Part shown: piece by piece, positions 38,639 through 47,872 of the stretch | How positions within the stretch are numbered: position 1 is the stretch's first letter | Layout of the letters: the number at the start of each line of letters is the position of its first letter | NCBI GenBank assembly: GCA_044229845.1 | Contig: JBGASG010000001.1 | Coordinates: 224,001 to 288,000 of the forward strand | Source: Candidatus Obscuribacteraceae bacterium | GTDB lineage: Bacteria > Cyanobacteriota > Vampirovibrionia > Obscuribacterales > Obscuribacteraceae | Direction of reading: 5' to 3' | DNA length: 64,000 nt | Notes under the pieces: model-generated | Seen by the model: only the letters and a program-made list of their open reading frames with translations | Databases searched by the model: none | Told to the model about the DNA's origin: nothing | Program-made: the position numbers and the translations under genes

Positions 38639-40084
38639 TTAGACCTCTTGATGTTTCCAGGTTCCTCGTCTGTACTGCCAGACCATAATCGAGCCGACCA
38701 GGAAAGAACTGAAGGCGATGGCGAACCATGTGCCGATCGGTCCTTGCTTCAAGTACACCGTCAGCAAATATGCCAGCGGCAATCTGAAAACGACCAGCGA
38801 GAAGATGGTGGCAATCGAGGGCCACTTGGTGTAGCCGGCACCTTGCATGGCGCCCATAAGAATGAGCCAGATTGCCACGAAGGGCTCGGAAAGACCGACC
38901 ACTTGCAGATAGTCGCGCGAGTACTGAATTACGCGAGGATCAGTGCTCATCAGGTGAGCTATCAGATCCGCTCCAAAGAAGAGCGATAATCCGACCAGTG
39001 TGTTCAGTCCTGCACCAATCATGGTGACTTGCCAGCCGGCTTTTTCAGCGCGTGCCGGTTGCTTGGCGCCGAGGTTTTGTCCGACGATGGTGGCGACTGC
39101 CATGCTCAGTGCATAAACAGGCATGCCTCCGAACATCTCTTCTACTCTCAGTCCTACCGCCCAGGCTGCCTGGCAGGCAGTGGGATAGGCAGTAAGAGCA
39201 AAGATCAAGAAGAGAACGAAGTTGCCGCCCACCCACGACAGATCTTGCAAGCAAGCCGGTATGCCGATCTTCATCAGACGCACAAACCACTCGCATGACA
39301 TGCCGTGTTTGATCATCTCTTTTACATCCAGGCATTTGCCGATTTCCGACTTCGCCAGGATGTAGAACGATACTGCAACGCCGAGAACGGCAGCCAGTCC
39401 CCACGACATGCCGATACCGGCAATACCGATGTGGAACGGCCAGATGCACAGTCCCAGGTCGAGCACGATCACTATCGCGATGACCATAGCCATCGTCCAC
39501 ATTGGGACGCGTGGGTCACCTTTGGCTCTGAAAATCGAGTTGGCGATCCAGAGAATGGTGAACGGCACGTGCGCGGCCATGTCGTACTTCAGGTATTCCC
39601 AGCCCTGGTCCTGTACAGCCTGTGAGGCACCCAGGAACGCCAGCGTGGGACGAGCCAGGATCAATCCGACCAGTGCAGAGCTGACACCGAAGATGACTGA
39701 AAACATCAGGGACTGACGTGCAGCGATGATCGTGTTTTCCAAGTCGCGGGCGCCCCAGAAACGGCTCACCAGCGCGTTTGTGCCGGATGACAGAGCTACT
39801 GCCAGCAGCACGAAGAAAAACCAGACCTGCCCGCCCAAACCAATCGCGGCCTGTACGTCAGAACCCAATTGTCCGGCCACCCAGATGTCGGCAAAGCTGC
39901 CTACCGAGATCGTGATCATGTTTACGAACAAGGGCCAGGACATGTGCCAAATGGCGGCCCATGTCGATCCCTTGGTGATCACCTCGTCGGCGAATCCGGC
40001 ATCGTGCGCTTTGATGTCGTCGAGCGCTACCTGACTGTTGTGTGTTGTTTTGATGTCCTGCTCGGACGTGAAATTAGTGCTCAT
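38639..40084 (-). CDS. MATE family efflux transporter
   Basis: About 12 TM helices; ADIWVAGQLG, VSRFWGARD, FRAKGDPRVPM, VGQNLGA and MQGAGYT. Confidence 0.9.
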   Translation of the reverse strand: MSTNFTSEQDIKTTHNSQVALDDIKAHDAGFADEVITKGSTWAAIWHMSWPLFVNMITISVGSFADIWVAGQLGSDVQAAIGLGGQVWFFFVLLAVALSSGTNALVSRFWGARDLENTIIAARQSLMFSVIFGVSSALVGLILARPTLAFLGASQAVQDQGWEYLKYDMAAHVPFTILWIANSIFRAKGDPRVPMWTMAMVIAIVIVLDLGLCIWPFHIGIAGIGMSWGLAAVLGVAVSFYILAKSEIGKCLDVKEMIKHGMSCEWFVRLMKIGIPACLQDLSWVGGNFVLFLIFALTAYPTACQAAWAVGLRVEEMFGGMPVYALSMAVATIVGQNLGAKQPARAEKAGWQVTMIGAGLNTLVGLSLFFGADLIAHLMSTDPRVIQYSRDYLQVVGLSEPFVAIWLILMGAMQGAGYTKWPSIATIFSLVVFRLPLAYLLTVYLKQGPIGTWFAIAFSSFLVGSIMVWQYRRGTWKHQEV

Positions 40085-40308
40085 GATTCCAAACCAAAAA
40101 AGAAGCTCTAAAGACGTTTGTCCCGAATACGGGGGACAAAAAATCGCCTGGCAGTAAACTCTGGCGCCGTTTTGGCGCCTTTGTACAGACATCGCGGGGG
40201 CGGCGTCTCTGCTTTCTGGCGATTACGTCAAGGCTTCATAGTTCTAGGATAGTGATTTTTACGGAGAAGGCAAGGGGGGTATCATTAATTGGTTACGTTT
40301 TTGAAGAA

Positions 40309-41496
40309 ATGAAGTCAGAACAGCAAGACGCGAAACGCGCCACAGCCGAGCAATATTGGATTTGCTTGCAGCGCTATTTGCAATTCGACGATCCCGAAAG
40401 CAAGTGGGAGAGGCAGTTGCAACTGGCCATCAAGCATGCGACGAACAAGCGCATCAAGATGAAACAGGCTGAGCGCTTGCCTCTAGCCGATCAGCAGGTC
40501 TACTTTACAGAAACATTTGGCGCCGTCACGGAAAGCCGCCGGCAGGTCAGCACCGTATTTAATACCATCCTCGGATTGCAGGACATCGATACTTTTGCTC
40601 CGCTGGCGTTCGATGCCTGGCTTACTTCTTACGACCGGCCTCTCGAGCTGGTGGAAGCGACCGCTGAAAGTTTCTTCGCCTCACAGATCAAAGAGATTGC
40701 CGCGAGCCGTTCGCTGACGGCATCTCAAACTGCCTGGCTGATGCATTGCGCACAAGCGGCGCCAGACTGGACGGTGCTGCTGGAAGAAGGACCCTGGTCC
40801 GACGATAACATTCGCCAGGTCATTGTCGATTTCATGTTGGCGGCGGACCTGACGTCAGTAAAAAGCGGCAGCGATATTTTGAGTGCCAGTGAAAAGTTCA
40901 AATCGAGTCTGTTGGATGTGCGCGGCAATTTAGAGTTGCCCGCACAGTTTTTTCCCAGACTGATTTTGCTGGTGGAAGGCGCAACGGAAACTATCTTGAT
41001 GCCTCACTTTGCCCGCCTGCTCGGCAAAGACTTCGATCGCCTGGCTGTGCTGATTGTAGGCGCTGGTGGTGCCAATCAGACCTCGCGCAAGTATTTGCTG
41101 TTGCGCGATGTCACCAATCTTCCGATTTATGCAGTGCTCGATGCCGATGCCACCGAACAGGTAGAGGTGATTTCGGATATGCTGCGTGAGAGTGATCGCT
41201 TGCACGTCTGGCAGGCGGGCGATATCGAGGACACTTTTGCTGTTCACGTTTTTCTGCCCCAGATCAACCGCTACGTTGCCGGGCGGGGCGGCGAGCCGCT
41301 GATAGCAAGTGAACTGCCTCCCGGCGAGCGCCGCACCGTCATGTTGGACAGAGCATTCAGGAAAAGAGGACTGGGTGACTTTGATAAGATCGGATTTGCC
41401 AGGTCGATTGTCGATCGGTTGACTGACCCGAGCGAAGTGCCGCGCGACGCGGCCGCCGTTATTGAAGACATTGCCAATCTGGCGCGCAAATCATGA
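40309..41496 (+). CDS. Protein with a C-terminal OLD-family TOPRIM nuclease domain and no ATPase domain
   Basis: LLVEGATE...GAGG...VLDAD...GDIEDTF...K TOPRIM_OLD pattern. The N-terminal half has no Walker A. The start is approximate. Confidence 0.7.
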   Translation: MKSEQQDAKRATAEQYWICLQRYLQFDDPESKWERQLQLAIKHATNKRIKMKQAERLPLADQQVYFTETFGAVTESRRQVSTVFNTILGLQDIDTFAPLAFDAWLTSYDRPLELVEATAESFFASQIKEIAASRSLTASQTAWLMHCAQAAPDWTVLLEEGPWSDDNIRQVIVDFMLAADLTSVKSGSDILSASEKFKSSLLDVRGNLELPAQFFPRLILLVEGATETILMPHFARLLGKDFDRLAVLIVGAGGANQTSRKYLLLRDVTNLPIYAVLDADATEQVEVISDMLRESDRLHVWQAGDIEDTFAVHVFLPQINRYVAGRGGEPLIASELPPGERRTVMLDRAFRKRGLGDFDKIGFARSIVDRLTDPSEVPRDAAAVIEDIANLARKS

Positions 41497-41930
41497 GCGA
41501 AGAAGCATCAACAATAAAGAAAGTCGAGAAGTCGCGTGCGGGAAAGATCGCCAGTATTCTCTCTTGTGTTCTCTGGGTGGGCGGCTTTGCGCTGGCATTT
41601 GTAATCCCGCCGGGGAATCCTTTTATATGGGTTCCTGATACCCTGCTTTTGGTTGGCTTCGTGCCGCTGCTTTTGCTATGGCGGTTCAGTTGGCCCTGGA
41701 TAGTGTTCGGGCTATTCAATTTTGGTATCGGATTTGTTTTGTTGTTATTAGAGTGCATTCCAGATAATGCGTTTCCGGCGCAGTTGCATGCCGGCAAGCA
41801 TCATCTGGCGCAATATCATGACTGGCGCGTCTGGGAGCTGTTGGGATTTCTAGCATTTATCTACGGCGCCGGACGCATGACCAAGAACATCGTTTTGTGG
41901 TCGATTGCCCGGTCAAAACAGAAGGACTGA
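41493..41930 (+). CDS. Small integral membrane protein (about 4 TM)
   Basis: Four hydrophobic segments; ATGA overlap with the TOPRIM gene. Confidence 0.7.
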   Translation: MSEEASTIKKVEKSRAGKIASILSCVLWVGGFALAFVIPPGNPFIWVPDTLLLVGFVPLLLLWRFSWPWIVFGLFNFGIGFVLLLLECIPDNAFPAQLHAGKHHLAQYHDWRVWELLGFLAFIYGAGRMTKNIVLWSIARSKQKD

Positions 41931-41984
41931 GCGTTTCAGAGTTTTCGTGCACGGGTAAGTACCAGTACCAGCGGGAGCATTGAC

Positions 41985-42875
41985 GTGCGAATACGGTTTC
42001 TTCCTCAGGCAGTTCTGGTTGCTTTCATAACGGTATCGCCGGCGCTGGCTATGACGGCCGCGCAAGAGCACAACCTGGAAGAGATACTGCATGGGGAGCG
42101 AGCCATTCCCTATAATCAGAACGTCTCACCATATATGGTGTCACCGCAGGCTAATCAGCAAATGATGATGCCTTCGCCAACGTGCCGGCCGCAGATCGTT
42201 CCCGACTATCATCGTTCTTACGCCAACAGCGCGTATATCCCGCTCGGTCAGCCGCCAGCCAATATGGTCTATCGCGGCGGCATGCCTAACGCGCCGGCTT
42301 CCCCTTTGATCAATATGTTCAACAACATGTTGCAGCGCCCGGGCTCGACTCCCTCCGCCGCCATGGGGCAGATGGCCGCCGCTGCCACCGCTCGCAGTGG
42401 CATGGGAAACCTGCCGGCACCCAGTGCCGTCTCCGGAACCTATGGAGCGTCACCGGGGATGGTGTCAGGGCAGGGCGGCAACGTTCCGGTAGAGGCAGGC
42501 GGCAGCAACCCGTTCAACCTTTCGCCGTTCGGCATGCTGCATTATATGTGGGACGATACGACGTACACTTCTCCTACCAACCCGGTGGCTCTCTACCAGG
42601 TGCAGAACGACCTGCAGATCGCTAAGCAGCAGTCGCAGTTAGCTCAGTCGGCGGCAGCGCGCGCCAAATATTTGACTAACCCGGCGCAGCGCGCCGAAGC
42701 TGCCAAACAGGCGCAATACTATGCACAGCAGGCCCAGCTGGCTGCGCAAAGAGCTCGTAACGAGTCGGAAGCTGGTTCGCTCGACCCGGCGCAGTTGGCT
42801 ACCGCGGCCGGCAATGATGCCGATGCTGCCGCTGAAGCTGCCAATCAGGCTGCCTCTATCTCATCCAGCTACTAG
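41985..42875 (+). CDS. Secreted low-complexity protein with an Ala/Gln-rich helical tail
   Basis: Signal peptide ending SPALA, P/M/G-rich middle and AQ-rich C-terminus; GGGAG upstream. Confidence 0.6.
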   Translation: MRIRFLPQAVLVAFITVSPALAMTAAQEHNLEEILHGERAIPYNQNVSPYMVSPQANQQMMMPSPTCRPQIVPDYHRSYANSAYIPLGQPPANMVYRGGMPNAPASPLINMFNNMLQRPGSTPSAAMGQMAAAATARSGMGNLPAPSAVSGTYGASPGMVSGQGGNVPVEAGGSNPFNLSPFGMLHYMWDDTTYTSPTNPVALYQVQNDLQIAKQQSQLAQSAAARAKYLTNPAQRAEAAKQAQYYAQQAQLAAQRARNESEAGSLDPAQLATAAGNDADAAAEAANQAASISSSY

Positions 42876-43537
42876 AAGTTCGGCATCGTGCCGCTGTTGT
42901 TGCCCATGCCGGTGCGTTTGATCTCATTCTGCTCTGGCAGCTTCTTTTGCGCCAGCTTGGCTGAGCCGCGTCCGCCGATCAGCACTTTCACCGATCCATC
43001 TTCAGGAATCAAAACTTCAGCGAGAAACTTTTCCGGCTTGGTGAAACGACCGGGGAACTTGCCGGTCAGGTTTTGCAAGTGTCCGCGCCCGATAGCCATC
43101 TGGTCGGGAAACTCGGCTTTCTTGGCGATGTACAGCCACTGCTTGACGATGAAGTTATAGAGGCGCGGGTCGCGTTCTGGTTTTTGTTTGATCAAATACT
43201 TCTCGAGCGCTTCAGCGTAGAGAATGCGCTTGTCCATGTCCATCGGCGACATTTCGACGGAGCGCTGCAGCACTGTCAAGGCTTGTTCGAGGTTGCCGGT
43301 GCGCAGCAAGCTTTCGCCTTCCAGTTGCAGGCAGCTGGAGGTGCCGACGCCTAGTTCGAGAAATTGGTCATTGCGGACGACTCCGTTTCTGCTTTTGCCG
43401 ATGCCGGAGGTGTCTTTGATCCACTTCTTATCTTTCTCGATGGCTTCGCCGTCAGCCTCGTCATAGTTTGCCTGCGCCCGCACCGGGGCGACGATGACGA
43501 GACTGATAGCCAGGGTAAGCATAAGCTTGTTGAACAT
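42872..43537 (-). CDS. Secreted TPR-like protein (paralog of 1167..1823)
   Basis: Signal peptide ending VRA; LLRTGNLEQALTVLQRSVEMSP...YAEALE...ERDP...KQW. Confidence 0.7.
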   Translation of the reverse strand: MFNKLMLTLAISLVIVAPVRAQANYDEADGEAIEKDKKWIKDTSGIGKSRNGVVRNDQFLELGVGTSSCLQLEGESLLRTGNLEQALTVLQRSVEMSPMDMDKRILYAEALEKYLIKQKPERDPRLYNFIVKQWLYIAKKAEFPDQMAIGRGHLQNLTGKFPGRFTKPEKFLAEVLIPEDGSVKVLIGGRGSAKLAQKKLPEQNEIKRTGMGNNSGTMPNF

Positions 43538-43567
43538 TTCCTTCTCCTCTGACGAGATTGGCGAAGC

Positions 43568-44245
43568 CTAGGCGGCTCCAATTTTGGTCTGCCCTGCGTC
43601 ATGCAGAGCCTTGATGGCTTTGGCGACATCGCCTGAGCCGTAAACACTTTTTCCTGCCACCACGACGTTGGCACCGGCATTGATGACAATGCGCGCGGTA
43701 TCGGGATTGATACCACCATCGACGTTTATCCAGCAGCCTTTATTGCCGGCTTCATCCAGCATGCGCCGGATTGCTGTGATCTTGGGCACCACAGCCGGCA
43801 GAAAACTCTGGCCCCCAAAGCCGGGGTTGACGCTCATTACCAGCACTTCGTCCAGATCGTTCAGCACATAGCGCAGACAATCTTCGTGAGTGTGCGGATT
43901 TAGCGAGACACCGGCTTTCTTGCCCAGCTTGCGAATTGCCTGCAGAGTGCGTTGCAGGTGCCGGCATGCTTCGACGTGGACAATGATGTGATCGGAGCCG
44001 GCGTCGGCGAAATCACCGAGGTAGCGGTCCGGATCTGTGATCATCAGATGCACGTCCAGAGGCAGTTTGGTGTTGGCGCGCAGACTCTTCACCACGGGCG
44101 GTCCGATGGTGATGTTGGGGACGAAGTGTCCGTCCATGACGTCCACGTGAATCCAGTCGGCGCCACCGTCCTCTGCTTTTTTCAGATCGGCGGACAGATT
44201 AGCGAAATCTGCCGACAGAATCGATGGTGCAACCAGTATTGACAT
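43568..44245 (-). CDS. rpe: Ribulose-phosphate 3-epimerase
   Basis: APSILSADF, HVDVMDGHFVPNITIG, MSVNPGFGGQ and VDGGI. Confidence 0.95.
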   Translation of the reverse strand: MSILVAPSILSADFANLSADLKKAEDGGADWIHVDVMDGHFVPNITIGPPVVKSLRANTKLPLDVHLMITDPDRYLGDFADAGSDHIIVHVEACRHLQRTLQAIRKLGKKAGVSLNPHTHEDCLRYVLNDLDEVLVMSVNPGFGGQSFLPAVVPKITAIRRMLDEAGNKGCWINVDGGINPDTARIVINAGANVVVAGKSVYGSGDVAKAIKALHDAGQTKIGAA

Positions 44246-44509
44246 AACCCTCAAACGTAAACTGGGGCGCCTTTGCCAGGTGTATCATGACTTCGCCGAC
44301 GCCTTGTGGTCAAGTTGATTCTCCGAGAGTTTGACATCATTACGTGAATATCCTTTCAGAAATCGTGCCAACGTCAGATAAGCAGGCAACTGGCGATGAT
44401 CTGAGAAAGAAATAAACGAAGCTCAGTGCCTGCCGCGTGCCGGTGACCAACTGTGTGGCGGTAACGCAGTACAATCGCCGTGGCAAGGGAATTCACGAGT
44501 GTTAGAGAT

Positions 44510-45601
44510 ATGCCGGACTTAGTGCTCAACGACGATCAGCGCCAATATCAGGACCTGGCACGCGAGTTTGCCATGAACGAGATCGGGCCGCTGGCTGAAA
44601 AATGCGACCACTCCGGGTCGACTCCGGAAGATGTGCTGCGCAAGGCGTGGGAATTGGGACTCTTCAATGTGCGGGTGCCGGAAGCCTTCGGCGGTTTCGG
44701 ACTGACGCTCACTGATGCCTGTGTGATCGCTGAAGAACTGGGCGCTGCCTGCTCCGGCATCAGCGCAGCTTTCGAAGGTAACGAACTGGCCGTGGCTCCA
44801 ATTCTGGTGGCAGGCACGGAGAGCCAGAAGGAAGAACTTCTCTCGCAACTGACGGCATCATTTGCGCTGGCGGGATTTGCCCTGTCTCCGCTCAAATACG
44901 AGAAGAAGGGCGGGCAGTATCTAGTTTCCGGCGAAAGCGTAGTGCTCAACGCTCGCGGCTGGCAGTGGCTGGTTGTCACTGCCCATGGTGCCGAGGGCGA
45001 TTCTGTATTGATCATAAATGATCGGTCCTGCGTCCAGGGCGAAGGCGAGATAGTGTTTCCGTTCGGGCGCAAGGCCGCCGACATTCGTCGGCAAAAGCTG
45101 GTTGCTGCTCCTGCTCAGTTGCTGGGCGAGGCTGGTGCAGCCGCAGCGATCATGCAGCAGGCTAATGTTTCTTCCCACGCATACGTGGCTGCTGAAGCTG
45201 TCGGCATCGGCCGCAGCGCTCTGACTGCCTCGGTCAAGTACGCCAAAGAGCGAACCACATTTGGTGTGCCGATCGGCAACCATCAAGGCGTAGCCTTCAT
45301 GTTGGCTGATATGGCCAAGGATGTAGAGGCTGGACGTCTGCTCTGGATGAAGGCATGTTGGTATGCAGACGCCTCGAACCAAACCCGTAGAACAGTGACG
45401 CCATCGACGGTGGCACGCATTTTTGCGCTCGATGCGGCGATGCGCATCGCCACAGATGCAGTGCAGGTTTTCGGTGGCTATGGATATATGAAAGAGTATC
45501 CAGTCGAGAAACTGATGCGCGACGCCAAAGTCATGCAGATGATGGAACCCCCTGTTCACGCTGAAAAAGTGCAGCTGGCTCGAGAGTTGGTTCTCAGTTA
45601 A
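44510..45601 (+). CDS. Acyl-CoA dehydrogenase family protein with a degenerate middle domain
   Basis: ACAD N-domain and C-terminal YAKERTTFG, QGVAFMLADM, AVQVFGGYGY and EKLMRDAK; lacks TEPxxGSD. Confidence 0.8.
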   Translation: MPDLVLNDDQRQYQDLAREFAMNEIGPLAEKCDHSGSTPEDVLRKAWELGLFNVRVPEAFGGFGLTLTDACVIAEELGAACSGISAAFEGNELAVAPILVAGTESQKEELLSQLTASFALAGFALSPLKYEKKGGQYLVSGESVVLNARGWQWLVVTAHGAEGDSVLIINDRSCVQGEGEIVFPFGRKAADIRRQKLVAAPAQLLGEAGAAAAIMQQANVSSHAYVAAEAVGIGRSALTASVKYAKERTTFGVPIGNHQGVAFMLADMAKDVEAGRLLWMKACWYADASNQTRRTVTPSTVARIFALDAAMRIATDAVQVFGGYGYMKEYPVEKLMRDAKVMQMMEPPVHAEKVQLARELVLS

Positions 45602-45619
45602 ACGCTCAGGTGAAGCGCC

Positions 45620-45937
45620 ATGCCCGATCGGCCCAGATTGGTGAAGAAGAATCAGCCGAAGAACGAACTCGAGCTGAAGAAGGGGCAAATCCTTGTAGTT
45701 AAGGCGCCTCCTTATTACGACAAGGAATATCTCTACGAGATTACGTCGGCGGGCGACAAGCAGGTGCGCGCCAATCTCTACAAGTCACCGCGCGTGCGCA
45801 AAGCCTGGGGGCGCGAAGAGCTGACAATTCTGGTGGGCATGGGCATCGTGCGAGCGGCTACCGACCAGGATATGCAGAAACACGCGGCTGAGAAAGACCC
45901 GGCTGAAAGGGATCCGGGCAGTTCTGAAAGCCAGTAA
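45620..45937 (+). CDS. Hypothetical protein
   Basis: Fills the gap co-directionally after the ACAD gene; AGGTGA upstream; globular-looking sequence. Confidence 0.65.
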   Translation: MPDRPRLVKKNQPKNELELKKGQILVVKAPPYYDKEYLYEITSAGDKQVRANLYKSPRVRKAWGREELTILVGMGIVRAATDQDMQKHAAEKDPAERDPGSSESQ

Positions 45938-45950
45938 CTCGCTGTTCGAA

Positions 45951-46409
45951 TTATTCGGTCGCGGTTGCGCTGGTGGTGGCAGTACCGAAGGCTGTCTTTT
46001 TCTTTTTCTTCTTGGTGGAGGATTTCGCTCCGTATTTTTTGGTAGGGGTAGTGGGTTTATTTGGTTGAGTTTGTTTTTGAGCTTGTTTTTGAATGTCTTT
46101 ATAGATCTTGTCGAAAGGTAGAGGCTGGTGCAGGACGAAGCGCATCGTGAAGAAGTAAACGAGAGCCAGCATCAGGAAAGTAGAGCTGATGAAAAAGAAG
46201 TGTCGAATATGTCTGTGGAATGAGTAGGACTTCTTAGAGATCTTAGATTCGGGACGCTCTTCGTCTTCCACCTGTTGTCGGCTGCCCGTGCTCAGTTTCA
46301 GTCCAACGCGATTAGCATCCGAAGACGAAACGTGCCTGCCGCAAGACACGCAGAACTTGATGGGTGGATTCATAGCCGCGCCACAAAATGGGCACTGTAG
46401 GGCTGGCAT
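45951..46409 (-). CDS. Zinc-ribbon protein with one TM helix and a Lys-rich tail
   Basis: CPFCG...KFCVSCG, one TM helix and KKKKKK. Confidence 0.65.
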   Translation of the reverse strand: MPALQCPFCGAAMNPPIKFCVSCGRHVSSSDANRVGLKLSTGSRQQVEDEERPESKISKKSYSFHRHIRHFFFISSTFLMLALVYFFTMRFVLHQPLPFDKIYKDIQKQAQKQTQPNKPTTPTKKYGAKSSTKKKKKKTAFGTATTSATATE

Positions 46410-46432
46410 TGGCGATTTCGACCCTGGTACCT

Positions 46433-46666
46433 CTAGAACTCGACCGGTTTGCCGTCGGCGGTATTCACATAACGCTTGTACATTTCTTCGATCGAGTTAC
46501 GATCATGAACGAGCGTCTCTTGCCGGCCGTTCAGCTCGACGATGCGCTCTTTCAATTGCTCGATCTGTTGCTGGATGATGGAAATCTCCTCGCCGATCTC
46601 GGTTTCGGTAAGCGTCAAAGCTTCCGCCAACGTTCCAAACGCCTTTTCCAGCTCGCTCTCAGCCAT
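46433..46666 (-). CDS. Small coiled-coil protein
   Basis: Heptad pattern IGEEISIIQQQIEQLKERIVELNGRQETL. Confidence 0.6.
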   Translation of the reverse strand: MAESELEKAFGTLAEALTLTETEIGEEISIIQQQIEQLKERIVELNGRQETLVHDRNSIEEMYKRYVNTADGKPVEF

Positions 46667-46802
46667 GCAAAATTCCCACTTCACTCATTCAAATTGTCAC
46701 CAGCGCTGGCCGCTGCCAAGCACCGGTGCCCTCTACCCATTCAATTGTACCCGCCACGTCGGGCTCGAATCAGCGCAGGCTAAGCGCTTTGCGTCAGATA
46801 AC

Positions 46803-47552
46803 TTATATTCCGGCGCCGTGTAAGAAGACATCAACAGGGTCTTCTACTGTCGACTCCAGCGCGCTTTCTTGTCCAGGCGGAGTGACATCCAGAGCCGCTT
46901 CTTCGCAGCCTGTCTTTCTGGCGACTATTTCGACGCGCTTTTCCAGCTCGACGATGCTGTGCTTAAGCGCTTTGATGGCTTCGGCTTCGATGTCCGGCAC
47001 TACTTGCTCTGAAACTCGCTGCCCGTCTTTATAAATCACACGACCCGGGACGCCGACGACGATTGAATTGGAAGGTACGTCTTTGAGTACAATCGACCCG
47101 GAGGCGACTTGCACGTTGTCGCCTACTGTGACTGCTCCCTGAATTTCGGCGCCACTGCCGACAACGCAATTTTTGCCCAGGGTCGGATGCCGCTTAACGC
47201 CTCTGGTCTCGGCGCCTTTGCGGGCTGCGGCCCCGGCTCCCAGGGTTACTCCCTGGTAGATCACTGAGTTCTCGCCGACTTCGGCAGTTTCGCCGATGAC
47301 AACGCCCATGCCGTGGTCAATAAAAACGCGCGGGCCCAGCGTGGCGCCCGGGTGAATCTCAATGCCCGTGAACCAGCGACCAAGTTGAGAGAGGCAACGT
47401 GCAGCAGTGAAGAATTCTTCTTGATATAAAGTGTGAGAGATCCTGTGGATCATCACGGCATGAAACCCCGGGTAGCACAGCACGACTTCGAGCGAGCTGC
47501 GGGCTGCTGGGTCTTTGGTCAATATATTGTTGATTTCGTCCCTGATGCTCAT
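46803..47552 (-). CDS. cysE: Serine O-acetyltransferase
   Basis: DPAARS...YPGFHA, TGIEIHPGA, FIDHGMGVVIGET, KRHPTLG and VVGVPGR. Confidence 0.93.
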   Translation of the reverse strand: MSIRDEINNILTKDPAARSSLEVVLCYPGFHAVMIHRISHTLYQEEFFTAARCLSQLGRWFTGIEIHPGATLGPRVFIDHGMGVVIGETAEVGENSVIYQGVTLGAGAAARKGAETRGVKRHPTLGKNCVVGSGAEIQGAVTVGDNVQVASGSIVLKDVPSNSIVVGVPGRVIYKDGQRVSEQVVPDIEAEAIKALKHSIVELEKRVEIVARKTGCEEAALDVTPPGQESALESTVEDPVDVFLHGAGI

Positions 47553-47872
47553 TTTTTGGCACTTCCGGCAGTTTTATTGAAGAGGCGAGGCGAGCTATAC
47601 AGCTTACCTTAAAACCGGCGCCAGGCTTGTCAAGGGGCGCGTTGTGGGCGTTTCAAGTCTTACGGATGAGGGAATGAAATAAACGGTCGGACGCGTCACA
47701 GGGACAGAGTTTAGGGTGATTGAGGTACGTAGTTTCCCCATTTCATTCCGGTAAATACGCTTTATCCTCAATATTGTTCCCTTCGAGGTGTCCAAGGTTC
47801 GCCAAAACTGGATAGATGCGTACACCGACAAATCTCTCCAGATAGCGGGCGACGCGCAACAAAGCGAAAACG

